Of a stretch of DNA of 64,000 nt, positions 38,235 to 48,352 are shown in pieces. Numbering within the stretch: the stretch's first letter is position 1; the number at the start of each line of letters is the position of its first letter. A program made the position numbers and the translations under genes. The DNA comes from Burkholderiaceae bacterium. GTDB lineage: Bacteria > Pseudomonadota > Gammaproteobacteria > Burkholderiales > Burkholderiaceae. The notes under the pieces are model-generated. The model was given only the letters and a program-made list of their open reading frames with translations. It had not been told where the DNA came from and did no database searches. Where the stretch lies: assembly GCA_947447945.1 (NCBI GenBank), contig CANFLR010000001.1, positions 23,299-87,298 of the forward strand, read 5' to 3'.

Positions 38235-41200
38235 TTAGGTACCTTCTAATGCGGAAGCTGGAATATCCATTGGCCCATTGCCTGCATATTTATCTAGGTA
38301 AAGATAAATCACCGGGGTAACAATCAAGGTGACAAATTGCGAGAAAATCAGTCCGCCAGCAACACTAATACCCAAAGGTTGGCGCAACTCAGCACCCGCA
38401 CCGATACCTAATGCAATCGGCAGCGCTCCCATCAAGGCCGCAAAAGTCGTCATCATGATGGGGCGGAAACGCAGGATACAGGCCTCACGAATTGCTTTTT
38501 CAGGAGTCATGCCCTGGTTGCGTTGCGCGTCTAAAGCGAAGTCGATCAACAAAATAGCATTCTTTTTGACAATACCAATAAGCAGCAAGATGCCAATCGA
38601 AGCAATGATGGTTAGTTCGAATCCAAAAACACGCAGTGAGAGAATTGCACCAATTGCTGCAGAGGGTAGTCCAGCAAAAATAGTCAACGGATGAATATAG
38701 CTCTCGTACAGAACGCCCAGCAAAATATAAATAACACCTAGAGCCGCCAAGATCAAGATCACTTGACCAGACTGATTATTCTTAAATACCGCGGCATCGC
38801 CACCATAACTAGTAATAATAGAGGGGGGTAGGTCAATCTCCTTGGTATAAGCCTCAATCTTTTTAGTGGCGTCTCCAAGGAAGACATCAGGAGCGAGGTT
38901 GAAGGACAGGGTCACCGCAGGAATTTGACCTTGATGGTTAACAGCGGTTGGGCCAACAGACCTGGTAAAGCTGGCAATACTCGAAAGCGGGATGAGCTTA
39001 TCAGTCACTCGGCCGCGTACAAAAATCTTATTTAAGTCGGTTTCGTATTGGCGATCTTCTTCAGCTGCCTCCATGATGACGTAGTAAGTGTTAACCGGTG
39101 TATAAATAGTCGAAACTTGTTTTTCGCCATACGACGTATATAGGGCAGTGCGGATATCGGAAATAGTCACTCCAGAGCTAGCAGCCTTTTCGCGATTGAT
39201 ATCGATCTTTACATTCAGGCCTTTAATTTGAGAGTCACTTGTAACGTCTCGGAACATTGGATCGGCACGCAGTTTTTGCATTAACTTATCGGACCATTCA
39301 TTAACACCTTCAAACCCAACGCTTTGCAGAGTGAACTGATAGCGACTCTTACTGGAGCGACCACCCAGTTGTAAGTTTTGGATCGGGCGCATATAGACAT
39401 TGAGCCCCGGAATTTCTTTGAATTTGGCTCGCAAACCTTCCATGACCTGCGCCATTTTGGCGCGGTCACCTTTAGGTTTGAGGATGATAAATATCCTGCC
39501 GGTATTGCCGCCTGAGCTAGCGCCTCCGCCGACAACTGAGATAGAGCTATCCACGTTTGGATCAGCGCTCACAATTGCAGCTGCACGATCTTGCAAGGCC
39601 ATCATGGCCCTAAAGGAAATATCCTCAGAGGCTTCAGTAGTTGCTTGAATTTGCCCAATATCTTCTTCGGGAAAAAAGCCTTTAGGGCTATTGATAAATA
39701 AAGCGATAGTGATAAAAAAGCTGGCAATCGCCCCCCACAGCACTTTCTTGCGGTTATGCAGGGCTAAATCTAAATAATGAATATAGGTTTTGAGCATCCA
39801 ATCAAAAAATCGATCAAACTGTTTATTGATGGCATATTCCTTGGCATGCACCCCAGGCTTAGGAAGGAAGCGACTACATAGCATTGGGACGACGGTCAGC
39901 GAGACGATTGCTGAAACCAGAATTGAGAGAGCCACAACCACGGCAAACTCTCTAAATAGCAGGCCGATAGGACCCGCCATAAAGAACAGGGGGATAAACA
40001 CCGCAACCAAAGAGATGGAGATGGAGATAATCGTAAAACCAACTTCTTTACTGCCCTTGAGAGAAGCCTTGAGGGGGTCCATGCCCTCTTCAATGTAGCG
40101 CATGATGTTCTCAAGCACCACAATCGCATCATCAACTACAAGACCTACCGCCAATGTAATACCTAGGAGAGAAATGTTATCTAGGCTATAGCCCATGAAG
40201 TACAGCAGGAAAAAAGCACCAATGAGAGAAATTGGCAGACTGATTGACGGAATGATGGTTGCCGAGAGATGCTTTAGGAACAAGAAAATCACTAACACCA
40301 CCAATAAGACAGTTAGGGCTAAGGTGAGGTTGACGTCATGGATTGCTTCAATAATTGATAGCGAGCGATCATTGAGTAGTTGCATCTTAATCGACGCAGG
40401 CATTTGTTTTTGGAGCTCAGGCAGAAGATCCTTTACGGCCTTGACTACTTCAACTGTATTTGCGCTAGGTTGTCGCAATATCGCAATCGCAATCGATCTT
40501 TCGCCGTTTGCACTTGCAAAGTTCTTTACGTCTTCATAGCTTTCAACAACCTCAGCGACATCTTTCAAGTAGATTGGTAAGCCATTTTTTTGACTAATAA
40601 TCAGGTTAGCGAATTCTTCGGGCCTGACAAGCTGCGGATTGGCATAAATAGTGATCGCTTGACGTGGCCCATCTAATACGCCAACGGGACTATTCGAGTT
40701 CGCCTTATTGATTGCTAACGCAACCTCATCAACGGTGAGATTGCGGCTACTCAGTGCGTCAGGGTGAATGCGTACTCGAACCGCATAGCGCTTAGCGCCA
40801 TAAACCAAAACCTGTGCAACACCGCTAATGGTTGATAAATTGGGCGAGAGTAAATTTTCAGCATAAGCATTTAATTCAGAGAGGCTGATTGACGGTGATT
40901 GCATTCTCACCACCAACACTGGCGTGTCTGCTGGATTAATCTTTCGATAGGATGGCGGAATCGTCATCTCTATCGGCATACGTTTTTGTGCCCTTAAAAG
41001 AGCGGCTTGCACGTCGACGGCGGCTTTATCAATATCGCGATTGTTGTTGAACTCAAGCGTAACGTTGGTACTACCGAGGTAGTTGGTTGAGCTAATAACG
41101 GTAATGCCATCAATAGTGGAAAATTCTTTTTCAAGTGGCAAGGCAACCGATGCCGCCATATTTTCGGGTGACGCTCCCGGCAGCGAAGCACTGACGGAGA

Positions 41201-41333
41201 TAATGGGAGAGTTGAAACTGGGGAGTGCCGAAACAGGAATTTTAAGATAGGCGATAGAGCCTGCTACGACCGTTGCTATTGACAGCAAGGTCGTCATTAC
41301 AGGGCGCCGAATGCATAACTCGGAAAGCGTCAT
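38235..41333 (-). CDS. RND efflux transporter permease (MdtB/MdtC-like)
   Basis: RRPVMT, GLVVDDAIVVLEN, GIVKKNAI and RFRPIMMTT motifs. Confidence 0.93.
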   Translation of the reverse strand: MTLSELCIRRPVMTTLLSIATVVAGSIAYLKIPVSALPSFNSPIISVSASLPGASPENMAASVALPLEKEFSTIDGITVISSTNYLGSTNVTLEFNNNRDIDKAAVDVQAALLRAQKRMPIEMTIPPSYRKINPADTPVLVVRMQSPSISLSELNAYAENLLSPNLSTISGVAQVLVYGAKRYAVRVRIHPDALSSRNLTVDEVALAINKANSNSPVGVLDGPRQAITIYANPQLVRPEEFANLIISQKNGLPIYLKDVAEVVESYEDVKNFASANGERSIAIAILRQPSANTVEVVKAVKDLLPELQKQMPASIKMQLLNDRSLSIIEAIHDVNLTLALTVLLVVLVIFLFLKHLSATIIPSISLPISLIGAFFLLYFMGYSLDNISLLGITLAVGLVVDDAIVVLENIMRYIEEGMDPLKASLKGSKEVGFTIISISISLVAVFIPLFFMAGPIGLLFREFAVVVALSILVSAIVSLTVVPMLCSRFLPKPGVHAKEYAINKQFDRFFDWMLKTYIHYLDLALHNRKKVLWGAIASFFITIALFINSPKGFFPEEDIGQIQATTEASEDISFRAMMALQDRAAAIVSADPNVDSSISVVGGGASSGGNTGRIFIILKPKGDRAKMAQVMEGLRAKFKEIPGLNVYMRPIQNLQLGGRSSKSRYQFTLQSVGFEGVNEWSDKLMQKLRADPMFRDVTSDSQIKGLNVKIDINREKAASSGVTISDIRTALYTSYGEKQVSTIYTPVNTYYVIMEAAEEDRQYETDLNKIFVRGRVTDKLIPLSSIASFTRSVGPTAVNHQGQIPAVTLSFNLAPDVFLGDATKKIEAYTKEIDLPPSIITSYGGDAAVFKNNQSGQVILILAALGVIYILLGVLYESYIHPLTIFAGLPSAAIGAILSLRVFGFELTIIASIGILLLIGIVKKNAILLIDFALDAQRNQGMTPEKAIREACILRFRPIMMTTFAALMGALPIALGIGAGAELRQPLGISVAGGLIFSQFVTLIVTPVIYLYLDKYAGNGPMDIPASALEGT

Positions 41334-42631
41334 TTTTTGTCTGCTGCTGAAGGGGTTGGGGTGGAGTTTTGTTTGGCAGGTGATGATTCTTTTGCTTCTC
41401 GTACCTTGCTGCCTGGGCGAAGATTTTGCTTGCCTTCTACAACCACTTTATCGCCAACCTCAATGCCAGTGACAACTGTTGAGCCTTGGTATTCATAGAC
41501 CACCTTAATGGGTTTGGAAGCTACTTTGCCATCCTTATCGACAACATAAACAATTTTCCCTCTTGAATTCATGATGATCGACTGTGAAGGAACAACCAAG
41601 GCATCTTTTAGATCACTCGCAACAAGCGATACCCTAGCAAACTGGCCTGGTAATAGTGTCATTGCATCATTGGGGATTTGCGCTTTTACCCGAACAGCTG
41701 CAATGGCAGGATCCACTTGGTTATCAATCACTAGGACCTTACCTTCATAAACTCTCTTACTGGCATCGCCAACGCTTACTTTTACTTTGAGTACTTCGCC
41801 AGTCCGTTGATTCTCAAGCAGAGTAGGAATTTCTTTTTCAGGAATGACAAATTGCACATTAATTGGATTCAATTGGGTAATCGTGACCATAGACCCAACA
41901 CTGGACGTCGCTGTTGAGTTAGTTGCGGTGGTCACAACGTTACTTGCCTGAACCAAGGAGCCCGGGAAGACATTCACAATTCCAGCTCTTCCATCAATCG
42001 GTGAGCGAATAGAGTCAAAGGAGAGTTGTACTTCTGCAGAGCGAGCCGCCGCCTGGGTTGATCTTGCATTGGCTAGAGATGTTTCCAGTCCCGCCTTAGA
42101 AATAAAGTTTTTTTCCACCAACTCTTTTGCGCGGAGATATTGCTTTTGCGCATCATCTGCAAGTGCCTTGAGTTTCTCGTAATTAGCCTTGTCGTTGCGA
42201 TCATCAAGTGTAAATAGCAGATCACCGGCCTTTACCTCTTGCCCATCTTTAATATTAATTTTTGCGACGGTATTGGTGACCATGGGGCGAATGTCAACAA
42301 TGCTATTAGAGACAATCGTGCCAGTAGCTTCAATAATGAGGGGAATATCTTTTTTGTCGACTATCACTGTGGTTACAGTGATGGGACCACCCGCTTTATC
42401 AGCTGCTGGGAAAAAATAGTCGTAGGCCTTTGAGGCTGCATATAAAGCAATGAGAATGAGCAGAATGCGCCACTTATATTTCAGACTGAAGGCCTTCACC
42501 TGAGAGAAATTGATTTTCTTTAAATAAGGCGAGTATTTTTGCCATAGGGCACAAAGCCGAGCTAGGCCCCAGTTTTTCAGTGTTAATAATTTGTTCAATA
42601 GCTTATTGGCTAAGTTTTCAATTTTTGACAC
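41330..42631 (-). CDS. RND efflux periplasmic adaptor (membrane fusion protein)
   Basis: GQEVKAGDLLF, IRSPIDGR and LLPGQF motifs; probable GTG start at 42631 (ORF track begins at 42697). Confidence 0.9.
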   Translation of the reverse strand: MSKIENLANKLLNKLLTLKNWGLARLCALWQKYSPYLKKINFSQVKAFSLKYKWRILLILIALYAASKAYDYFFPAADKAGGPITVTTVIVDKKDIPLIIEATGTIVSNSIVDIRPMVTNTVAKINIKDGQEVKAGDLLFTLDDRNDKANYEKLKALADDAQKQYLRAKELVEKNFISKAGLETSLANARSTQAAARSAEVQLSFDSIRSPIDGRAGIVNVFPGSLVQASNVVTTATNSTATSSVGSMVTITQLNPINVQFVIPEKEIPTLLENQRTGEVLKVKVSVGDASKRVYEGKVLVIDNQVDPAIAAVRVKAQIPNDAMTLLPGQFARVSLVASDLKDALVVPSQSIIMNSRGKIVYVVDKDGKVASKPIKVVYEYQGSTVVTGIEVGDKVVVEGKQNLRPGSKVREAKESSPAKQNSTPTPSAADKK

Positions 42632-42734
42632 GGTCTCTTTTTTCTTTGATTTATATATTGATTTAGCAGAATTTATAGCAGCTCTGCCAGCTCGCATATT
42701 CTCTCATAAGCCTATAAAAATAGCCTTACGCCCC

Positions 42735-43202
42735 CTAAGGCAGAAACTCTTCTACCCCACGGTTTGCCAAAAGGTCGGCCAGCTCATTTCCGGGGTGGCC
42801 GTTATGACCCCGAACCCAATGCCACGAAATTTGGTGACTTGGCAGTAGGGCGTCCAATTCTTGCCATAAATCAGCATTTTTCACGGGATCTTTGCTGGCC
42901 GTCTTCCAGCCCCGTTTTTTCCAGCCCTCTAGCCATTCTGTTACCCCTTTTTGAACATATTGGGAGTCAGTCCAGAGTTCAACCGTGCTCGTTTGCTTGA
43001 GGCTCTTAAGGGCATGAATGACGGCGCTAATCTCCATGCGGTTATTGGTGGTGAGTTTTGCCCCACCATGGATATGCTTTTCATGCTCGCCAGAGCGCAA
43101 CACCGCCCCCCAGCCACCAGGACCTGGATTGCCTTTACACGCTCCATCGGTGTAAATAACGATATGGGGGAGGGTTTTAGTATGGGGCATAGCGTTACTC
43201 AT
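42735..43202 (-). CDS. rnhA: Ribonuclease HI
   Basis: [22 protein letters not shown] and [12 protein letters not shown] motifs. Confidence 0.96.
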   Translation of the reverse strand: MSNAMPHTKTLPHIVIYTDGACKGNPGPGGWGAVLRSGEHEKHIHGGAKLTTNNRMEISAVIHALKSLKQTSTVELWTDSQYVQKGVTEWLEGWKKRGWKTASKDPVKNADLWQELDALLPSHQISWHWVRGHNGHPGNELADLLANRGVEEFLP

Positions 43203-44005
43203 CCGTCTTGAGAAGGCTTTAGTGTATTGCGCTCAGCCACTGGGGTGAGCTGCGGAATGGCAGGAATGCGTTTGGACTGGGCTTGACCAATTAGGCGAAT
43301 GCCTTGTTGGCGTTTAATTGCAGAAACCAGAAATACCGCCCCAAAGATCGGCCACCAGCGGTTGCCCATGGTCTCAAGAAAATCCATCCTGGCAATACCA
43401 GATTGACTCTGAAGCGGGAGCTTGTAGCACCCAAAGTGACCTCGATCGAGCGAAAAGTTCAGGAGTTGCAACCAATCTTTGACCCTAATAAGACTAATAA
43501 ATTGACCATCTCGAGGGAGGTAAGGGCTAGCAATGAGGCGGCTCAGGTACTGGCGAATTCCCCAAAGACTAGTGGGATTAAACCCAGAAATCACCAGCCT
43601 ACCTTCTGGACGAAGAACTCGCTCAGCCTCTCGCAAAATCTGGTGGGGATCAGCAGCAAACTCTAAAACATGGGGGAGCACTATTAAATCAATGCTTTCG
43701 CTGGCAAACGGTAACTCATTCGGGGTGGCTTCTATTGGATGCCAATGAAATCGTCTGACCTGCCCAAGGTTATCGTGAGATTGAATTAAGATCGCTTGCA
43801 AAGGCATCCGATTTTCACTCAGGGCGTTCAATTGGGGCATGCCTACCTGCACAGCGTAAAAGCCAAAAACATCCGCCACAATCCTGTCAAAGCATTGTTG
43901 CTCCCAAGCCAATACATATTTTCCGGGCGGTGATTGCAGCCATTTCTCCCATGAACTCCATGGTGGCGCTGGGTGCTGAGAGGGTGGAGTAGGGATTGGT
44001 ATCAT
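43199..44005 (-). CDS. Class I SAM-dependent methyltransferase-like protein (YafS-like)
   Basis: LPFASESID...[14 protein letters not shown]; conserved position between gloB and rnhA. Confidence 0.85.
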   Translation of the reverse strand: MIPIPTPPSQHPAPPWSSWEKWLQSPPGKYVLAWEQQCFDRIVADVFGFYAVQVGMPQLNALSENRMPLQAILIQSHDNLGQVRRFHWHPIEATPNELPFASESIDLIVLPHVLEFAADPHQILREAERVLRPEGRLVISGFNPTSLWGIRQYLSRLIASPYLPRDGQFISLIRVKDWLQLLNFSLDRGHFGCYKLPLQSQSGIARMDFLETMGNRWWPIFGAVFLVSAIKRQQGIRLIGQAQSKRIPAIPQLTPVAERNTLKPSQDG

Positions 44006-44011
44006 CGCTTT

Positions 44012-44818
44012 ATGGTGAAGAATACTTTATTGCAAGTTTGGCCCATACCGGCCTTTGATGACAACTACATCTGGTGTATCCATGATGGGGAATCCGCCTT
44101 GGTGGTTGATCCAGGAGATGCTAGCCCAGTCATCCAGTATTTGAATGAGCAAAAATTGGCTTTGATGGGGATTTTAATTACCCACCATCATGCTGATCAT
44201 ACGGGCGGCATATTGCAGCTCTTGCAGACATTTGGCTCAATACCAGTCTTTGGGCCTGCAACGATCGATATTCCAGGTCGAACCCAAGCAGTGATGGAAG
44301 GCGACAAAATCGAAATTGCCGCTCCCAGACTCAGCCTTAAAGTGTTGGAAGTTCCGGGTCATACCCTCAGTCACATAGCCTATTTCGCGAATATGCAGGC
44401 TAACGTAGTTGAACCGATGCTCTTTTGTGGCGATACCTTATTTGCTTGCGGCTGTGGACGCTTATTCGAAGGCAGCCCAACCCAGATGAGCGAGTCTTTG
44501 GCTAAATTTGCAGCGTTACCAAAAAATACCTTGGTTTACTGCACGCATGAGTACACCTTATCGAATATTCGATTTGCGCTCGCAGTAGAGCCAAATAATG
44601 CCAACTTAATTTCTTGGGCACAAAGAGCGCAAGAGTTGCGCGATAAAAAACTACCTACCTTACCAAGTACCATTGGCCAAGAACTTCAGGTCAACCCTTT
44701 TATGCGTTGTGATACCAAAGAGGTGATTGCATCGGCATCTGAGATTTCTGGCGAAGTCAATTTAAAGACGCCTGCTCATGTGCTTGCAGTAATTCGTGCG
44801 TGGAAAGACCGTTTCTGA
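44012..44818 (+). CDS. gloB: Hydroxyacylglutathione hydrolase (glyoxalase II)
   Basis: DNYIW, THHHADH, PGHT, GDTLF and HEYT motifs; ATG at 44012. Confidence 0.94.
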   Translation: MVKNTLLQVWPIPAFDDNYIWCIHDGESALVVDPGDASPVIQYLNEQKLALMGILITHHHADHTGGILQLLQTFGSIPVFGPATIDIPGRTQAVMEGDKIEIAAPRLSLKVLEVPGHTLSHIAYFANMQANVVEPMLFCGDTLFACGCGRLFEGSPTQMSESLAKFAALPKNTLVYCTHEYTLSNIRFALAVEPNNANLISWAQRAQELRDKKLPTLPSTIGQELQVNPFMRCDTKEVIASASEISGEVNLKTPAHVLAVIRAWKDRF

Positions 44819-46212
44819 TGCTCTGGAAATATGCAGCAGTCTTGATGATTGCTGTGTTATCGGGGTGCGCCACAACTGGAGATTGGTCATCTAATACTTC
44901 GACCAAAAACAATCCTCTTGCTAGTAAGGCAACGCGGGTAAATTTAAATAATCAATCCGTCAGTAAAGTCTACGCTCCATCGAGTAATTTATGGATTCGG
45001 ATTCGGGATGGCTTTCAGATGGAGCCCATGAACTCGCCACTAGAGATTGAGCAAGTGCGTTGGTTAGCTTCCCGACCTGATTACGTCAATCGTTCGATGG
45101 CGCGATCTTCCCGCTACCTCTTCTATATTGTTCAAGAGGTCAATGCCCGCAACATGCCAACTGAAATTGCTTTACTACCTTTTGTGGAGAGCGCCTTTGT
45201 TCCTCAGGCAAAGTCGGGCGCCAAGGCGATGGGTCTTTGGCAGTTTATGCCGGCTACTGGTAAGGATTTTCAATTGACACAAAATGTCTTTAGAGATGAG
45301 CGACGTGATGTATTGCAATCGACCGATGCAGCGCTGGATTATTTACAAAGACTCAATAATCAATTTGGTAGCTGGGAACTTGCATTAGCCGCTTACAACT
45401 GGGGGGCAGGAAATATTTTGAAGGCCCAGAAAAAAAATCTTGCTGCAGGCTTACCGACAGATTATGCAAGCTTGCAGTTGCCAAAAGAAACGCGGAACTA
45501 TGTTCCCAAGTTAATGGCCTATCGTCAGATTGTCTTGGATCCCGAAGCGTACGGCATCATTCTGCCAGACCTTGAGAACCACCCGTACTTTGTAGCAATT
45601 GATGTCAATAACGATATCGATGTGGCATTGGTAACCAAGTTAGCTGAAATACCACCTGAAGAGTTTCAAGTGCTAAACCCCTCGTTTAATAAGCCAGTTA
45701 TTTTGGCTGCTGCTGGTCAGCAGATCTTGTTGCCATTTGGTCATGCAGAAGTGTTTCAATCAAACTTAAAGCAATACAGCAAGCCTCTGTCATCCTGGAC
45801 CGCAGTTCAGGTCGGCAAAACAGAGCTGGTTGATCAGGCCGCTAAAACCCTAGGGGTTGATGTGGATACGTTGCGCAGCATTAATGGCATTCCAAAAGGG
45901 ATGCGGATTCGGGCGGGTTCAACGGTGATCATTCCAAAAACCGCGCGTCGCCCAGGCGATATTTCGACCACTTTGGCTGATAACGCCAGTTTGAGTCTTG
46001 ATAAGCCTCCGCCACCACCTCCACCACCTAAAAAATGTAAAAAAGGGTCAAAATGCCCTCCTGCAAAGTCTGCTAATGGCAGTACTAAGGGTAATTCTTC
46101 TATAAAAAATGCTGCATCTCAGCATAAATCCGCATCGACAGGGCTTGCAAAATCTGCGAAAAATAGTCCTATTCAGGCCTCTAGTGATAAAGGGGTCGGC
46201 AAAATCCAGTAA
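44818..46212 (+). CDS. mltD: Membrane-bound lytic murein transglycosylase D-like lipoprotein (SLT + LysM)
   Basis: LSGC lipobox, PFVESAF, GLWQFM, AAYNWG and ETRNYVPK; TGATG coupling to gloB. Confidence 0.88.
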   Translation: MLWKYAAVLMIAVLSGCATTGDWSSNTSTKNNPLASKATRVNLNNQSVSKVYAPSSNLWIRIRDGFQMEPMNSPLEIEQVRWLASRPDYVNRSMARSSRYLFYIVQEVNARNMPTEIALLPFVESAFVPQAKSGAKAMGLWQFMPATGKDFQLTQNVFRDERRDVLQSTDAALDYLQRLNNQFGSWELALAAYNWGAGNILKAQKKNLAAGLPTDYASLQLPKETRNYVPKLMAYRQIVLDPEAYGIILPDLENHPYFVAIDVNNDIDVALVTKLAEIPPEEFQVLNPSFNKPVILAAAGQQILLPFGHAEVFQSNLKQYSKPLSSWTAVQVGKTELVDQAAKTLGVDVDTLRSINGIPKGMRIRAGSTVIIPKTARRPGDISTTLADNASLSLDKPPPPPPPPKKCKKGSKCPPAKSANGSTKGNSSIKNAASQHKSASTGLAKSAKNSPIQASSDKGVGKIQ

Positions 46213-46238
46213 CTTTTACTTTATTAATCAGGTTAACT

Positions 46239-48122
46239 ATGTCCTATAAATCAGAACACGAACGCTCCATTAAGGATCCCGATGGCTTTTGGGGGGAGCA
46301 GGCAAAGTTAATCCATTGGGAAAAACCATTTAATAAAGTACTGAGTTATGACCAGCCACCATTTGCGAAATGGTTTGAGGGCGGCCTTACCAATCTTTGC
46401 TACAACGCCGTAGATCGTCATCTCAAAGATCGCGCAAATCAATTAGCCTTAGTAGCGGTTTCTACAGAAACGAATATCGAAAAAGCCTATACATACAAAG
46501 AGCTTTACGAAGAAGTCAATCGTATGGCTGCAATTTACAAGGCTAATGGTGTTCAAAAGGGCGATCGCGTCTTAATTTATATGCCCATGATTGCTGAGGC
46601 GTGTTTTGCAATGTTGGCTTGTGCGCGGATTGGCGCTATTCACTCTGTGGTATTTGGTGGTTTTGCATCCCACAGTTTGGCCTCACGTATCGATGATGCT
46701 AAGCCTAAAATGATTGTGACTGCAGAGGCGGGTGCACGCGGTGGCAAGGCCGTTCCTTACAAACCCTTGCTGGACGAGGGCATCTCCCTTGCTCAATTTA
46801 AGCCTGAAAAAGTATTGATCGTCAATCGTGGTTTAACGGAGTTCACTGTGCTTGCTGGGCGCGATTTGGACTATGCGACTGAACGCCAAAAACATTTGAA
46901 AGACATTGTGCCGGTGGAGTGGGTAGATGCTACCCATACTTCATACATTCTCTACACATCGGGTACCACGGGTAAGCCGAAGGGTGTGCAACGTGATACC
47001 GGTGGGTATGCTGTTGCCTTGGCGTCTACCATGAATCATATTTTCTGTGGCAAGCCAGGTGAAACTATGTTCTGCACATCTGATATTGGCTGGGTAGTGG
47101 GCCATAGCTACATCATTTATGCCCCATTACTCAATGGCATGGCAACGATCATGTACGAAGGTACGCCATTGCGTCCTGATGCTGGCATCTGGTGGCAGTT
47201 GGTTGAAAAATATAAAGTCGCCGTCATGTTCTCTGCGCCAACGGCGGTACGCGTACTGAAGAAGCAGGATCCTGCTTTCTTGACCAAATATGACCTTTCG
47301 AGCCTGAAAGCCTTGTTCTTAGCGGGTGAGCCATTAGATGAGCCAACGGCAACCTGGATTCATGGTGCGATTCAGAAGCCGATTGTCGATAACTACTGGC
47401 AAACAGAAACTGGTTGGCCAATGCTCGCGATTCAGCGGGGCGTAGAAGTGATGCCGCATAAGTTTGGTTCACCAGGTGTGCCATCCTTTGGCTATAACAT
47501 GAAGCTTTTGGATGATGCGACCACTGAAGAGTTGGGGCCAGACCAGAAAGGGGTGATTGCAATTGAAGGCCCATTGCCTCCAGGTTGTATGCAAACCGTT
47601 TGGGGTGACGACAAGCGCTTTGTCAGTACCTACTGGGAAACCATCCCAGGGAAGATCATCTACTCCACGTTTGACTGGGGTATTAAAGACAAAGATGGCT
47701 ACTTCTTTATCTTGGGTCGTACCGATGATGTGATTAACGTTGCAGGTCACCGCTTAGGTACTCGTGAAATCGAAGAGAGTATCTCTGGTCATCCAAATGT
47801 TTCTGAAGTTGCTGTAGTGGGTATCGAAGATAAGTTGAAGGGTCAGGCTGCGATAGCCTTTGTGATTCCGAAGGATGCTACCAATACTGCCACCTTGGAA
47901 GCGGAATGCATGAAGACAGTTGACACTACCTTAGGTGCCATTGCGCGTCCTGGCCGTGTATACGTGGTAACCGCTTTGCCGAAGACCCGTTCAGGCAAGA
48001 TTGTCCGCCGCTCATTACAGGCAGTTGCTGAAGGGCGCGATCCTGGCGACATTAGCACCATGGAGGATCAAAGCGTTTTAGCGCAAATTAAGACGGTCAT
48101 CGAGCAGGGTACAAAGTCCTAA
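46239..48122 (+). CDS. prpE: Propionate--CoA ligase
   Basis: YTSGTTGKPKGVQRDTGGYAVAL, YWQTETG and PKTRSGK motifs. Confidence 0.9.
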   Translation: MSYKSEHERSIKDPDGFWGEQAKLIHWEKPFNKVLSYDQPPFAKWFEGGLTNLCYNAVDRHLKDRANQLALVAVSTETNIEKAYTYKELYEEVNRMAAIYKANGVQKGDRVLIYMPMIAEACFAMLACARIGAIHSVVFGGFASHSLASRIDDAKPKMIVTAEAGARGGKAVPYKPLLDEGISLAQFKPEKVLIVNRGLTEFTVLAGRDLDYATERQKHLKDIVPVEWVDATHTSYILYTSGTTGKPKGVQRDTGGYAVALASTMNHIFCGKPGETMFCTSDIGWVVGHSYIIYAPLLNGMATIMYEGTPLRPDAGIWWQLVEKYKVAVMFSAPTAVRVLKKQDPAFLTKYDLSSLKALFLAGEPLDEPTATWIHGAIQKPIVDNYWQTETGWPMLAIQRGVEVMPHKFGSPGVPSFGYNMKLLDDATTEELGPDQKGVIAIEGPLPPGCMQTVWGDDKRFVSTYWETIPGKIIYSTFDWGIKDKDGYFFILGRTDDVINVAGHRLGTREIEESISGHPNVSEVAVVGIEDKLKGQAAIAFVIPKDATNTATLEAECMKTVDTTLGAIARPGRVYVVTALPKTRSGKIVRRSLQAVAEGRDPGDISTMEDQSVLAQIKTVIEQGTKS

Positions 48123-48138
48123 GAAATGGGGCAATCCA

Positions 48139-48164
48139 CTCCCTTGACCCAAGGGTTAAGGGAG
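48139..48164 (+). terminator. Hairpin after prpE
   Basis: CTCCCTTGACC-CAAG-GGTTAAGGGAG; no clear U-tract. Confidence 0.5.
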
Positions 48165-48269
48165 GTCTATCCCTGCAGAGCCCAATAGGCTGGGGATTCA
48201 AGGATTTGGGGCGCAAAACTGGTATGATTGCTAGGTTCGAAACTTAATAAATTACCCTAGCGCTTAAAG

Positions 48270-48347
48270 ACACTCACCTCCCGCACAAACAGCCTCGGGT
48301 TAGTCTTTTTTGAGGGTTTTGAGCGTCGGATGGAGCAGGGACTGGAG
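48270..48347 (+). ncRNA. Structured carA 5' leader RNA (riboswitch candidate)
   Basis: Extended imperfect hairpin (CTCC/GGAG, CGC/GCG, CAAAC/GTTTTG, CCTC/GAGG) ending just before the GGAG RBS; matches my recollection of a described Polynucleobacter carA RNA motif. Confidence 0.6.
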
Positions 48348-48352
48348 ATGGT

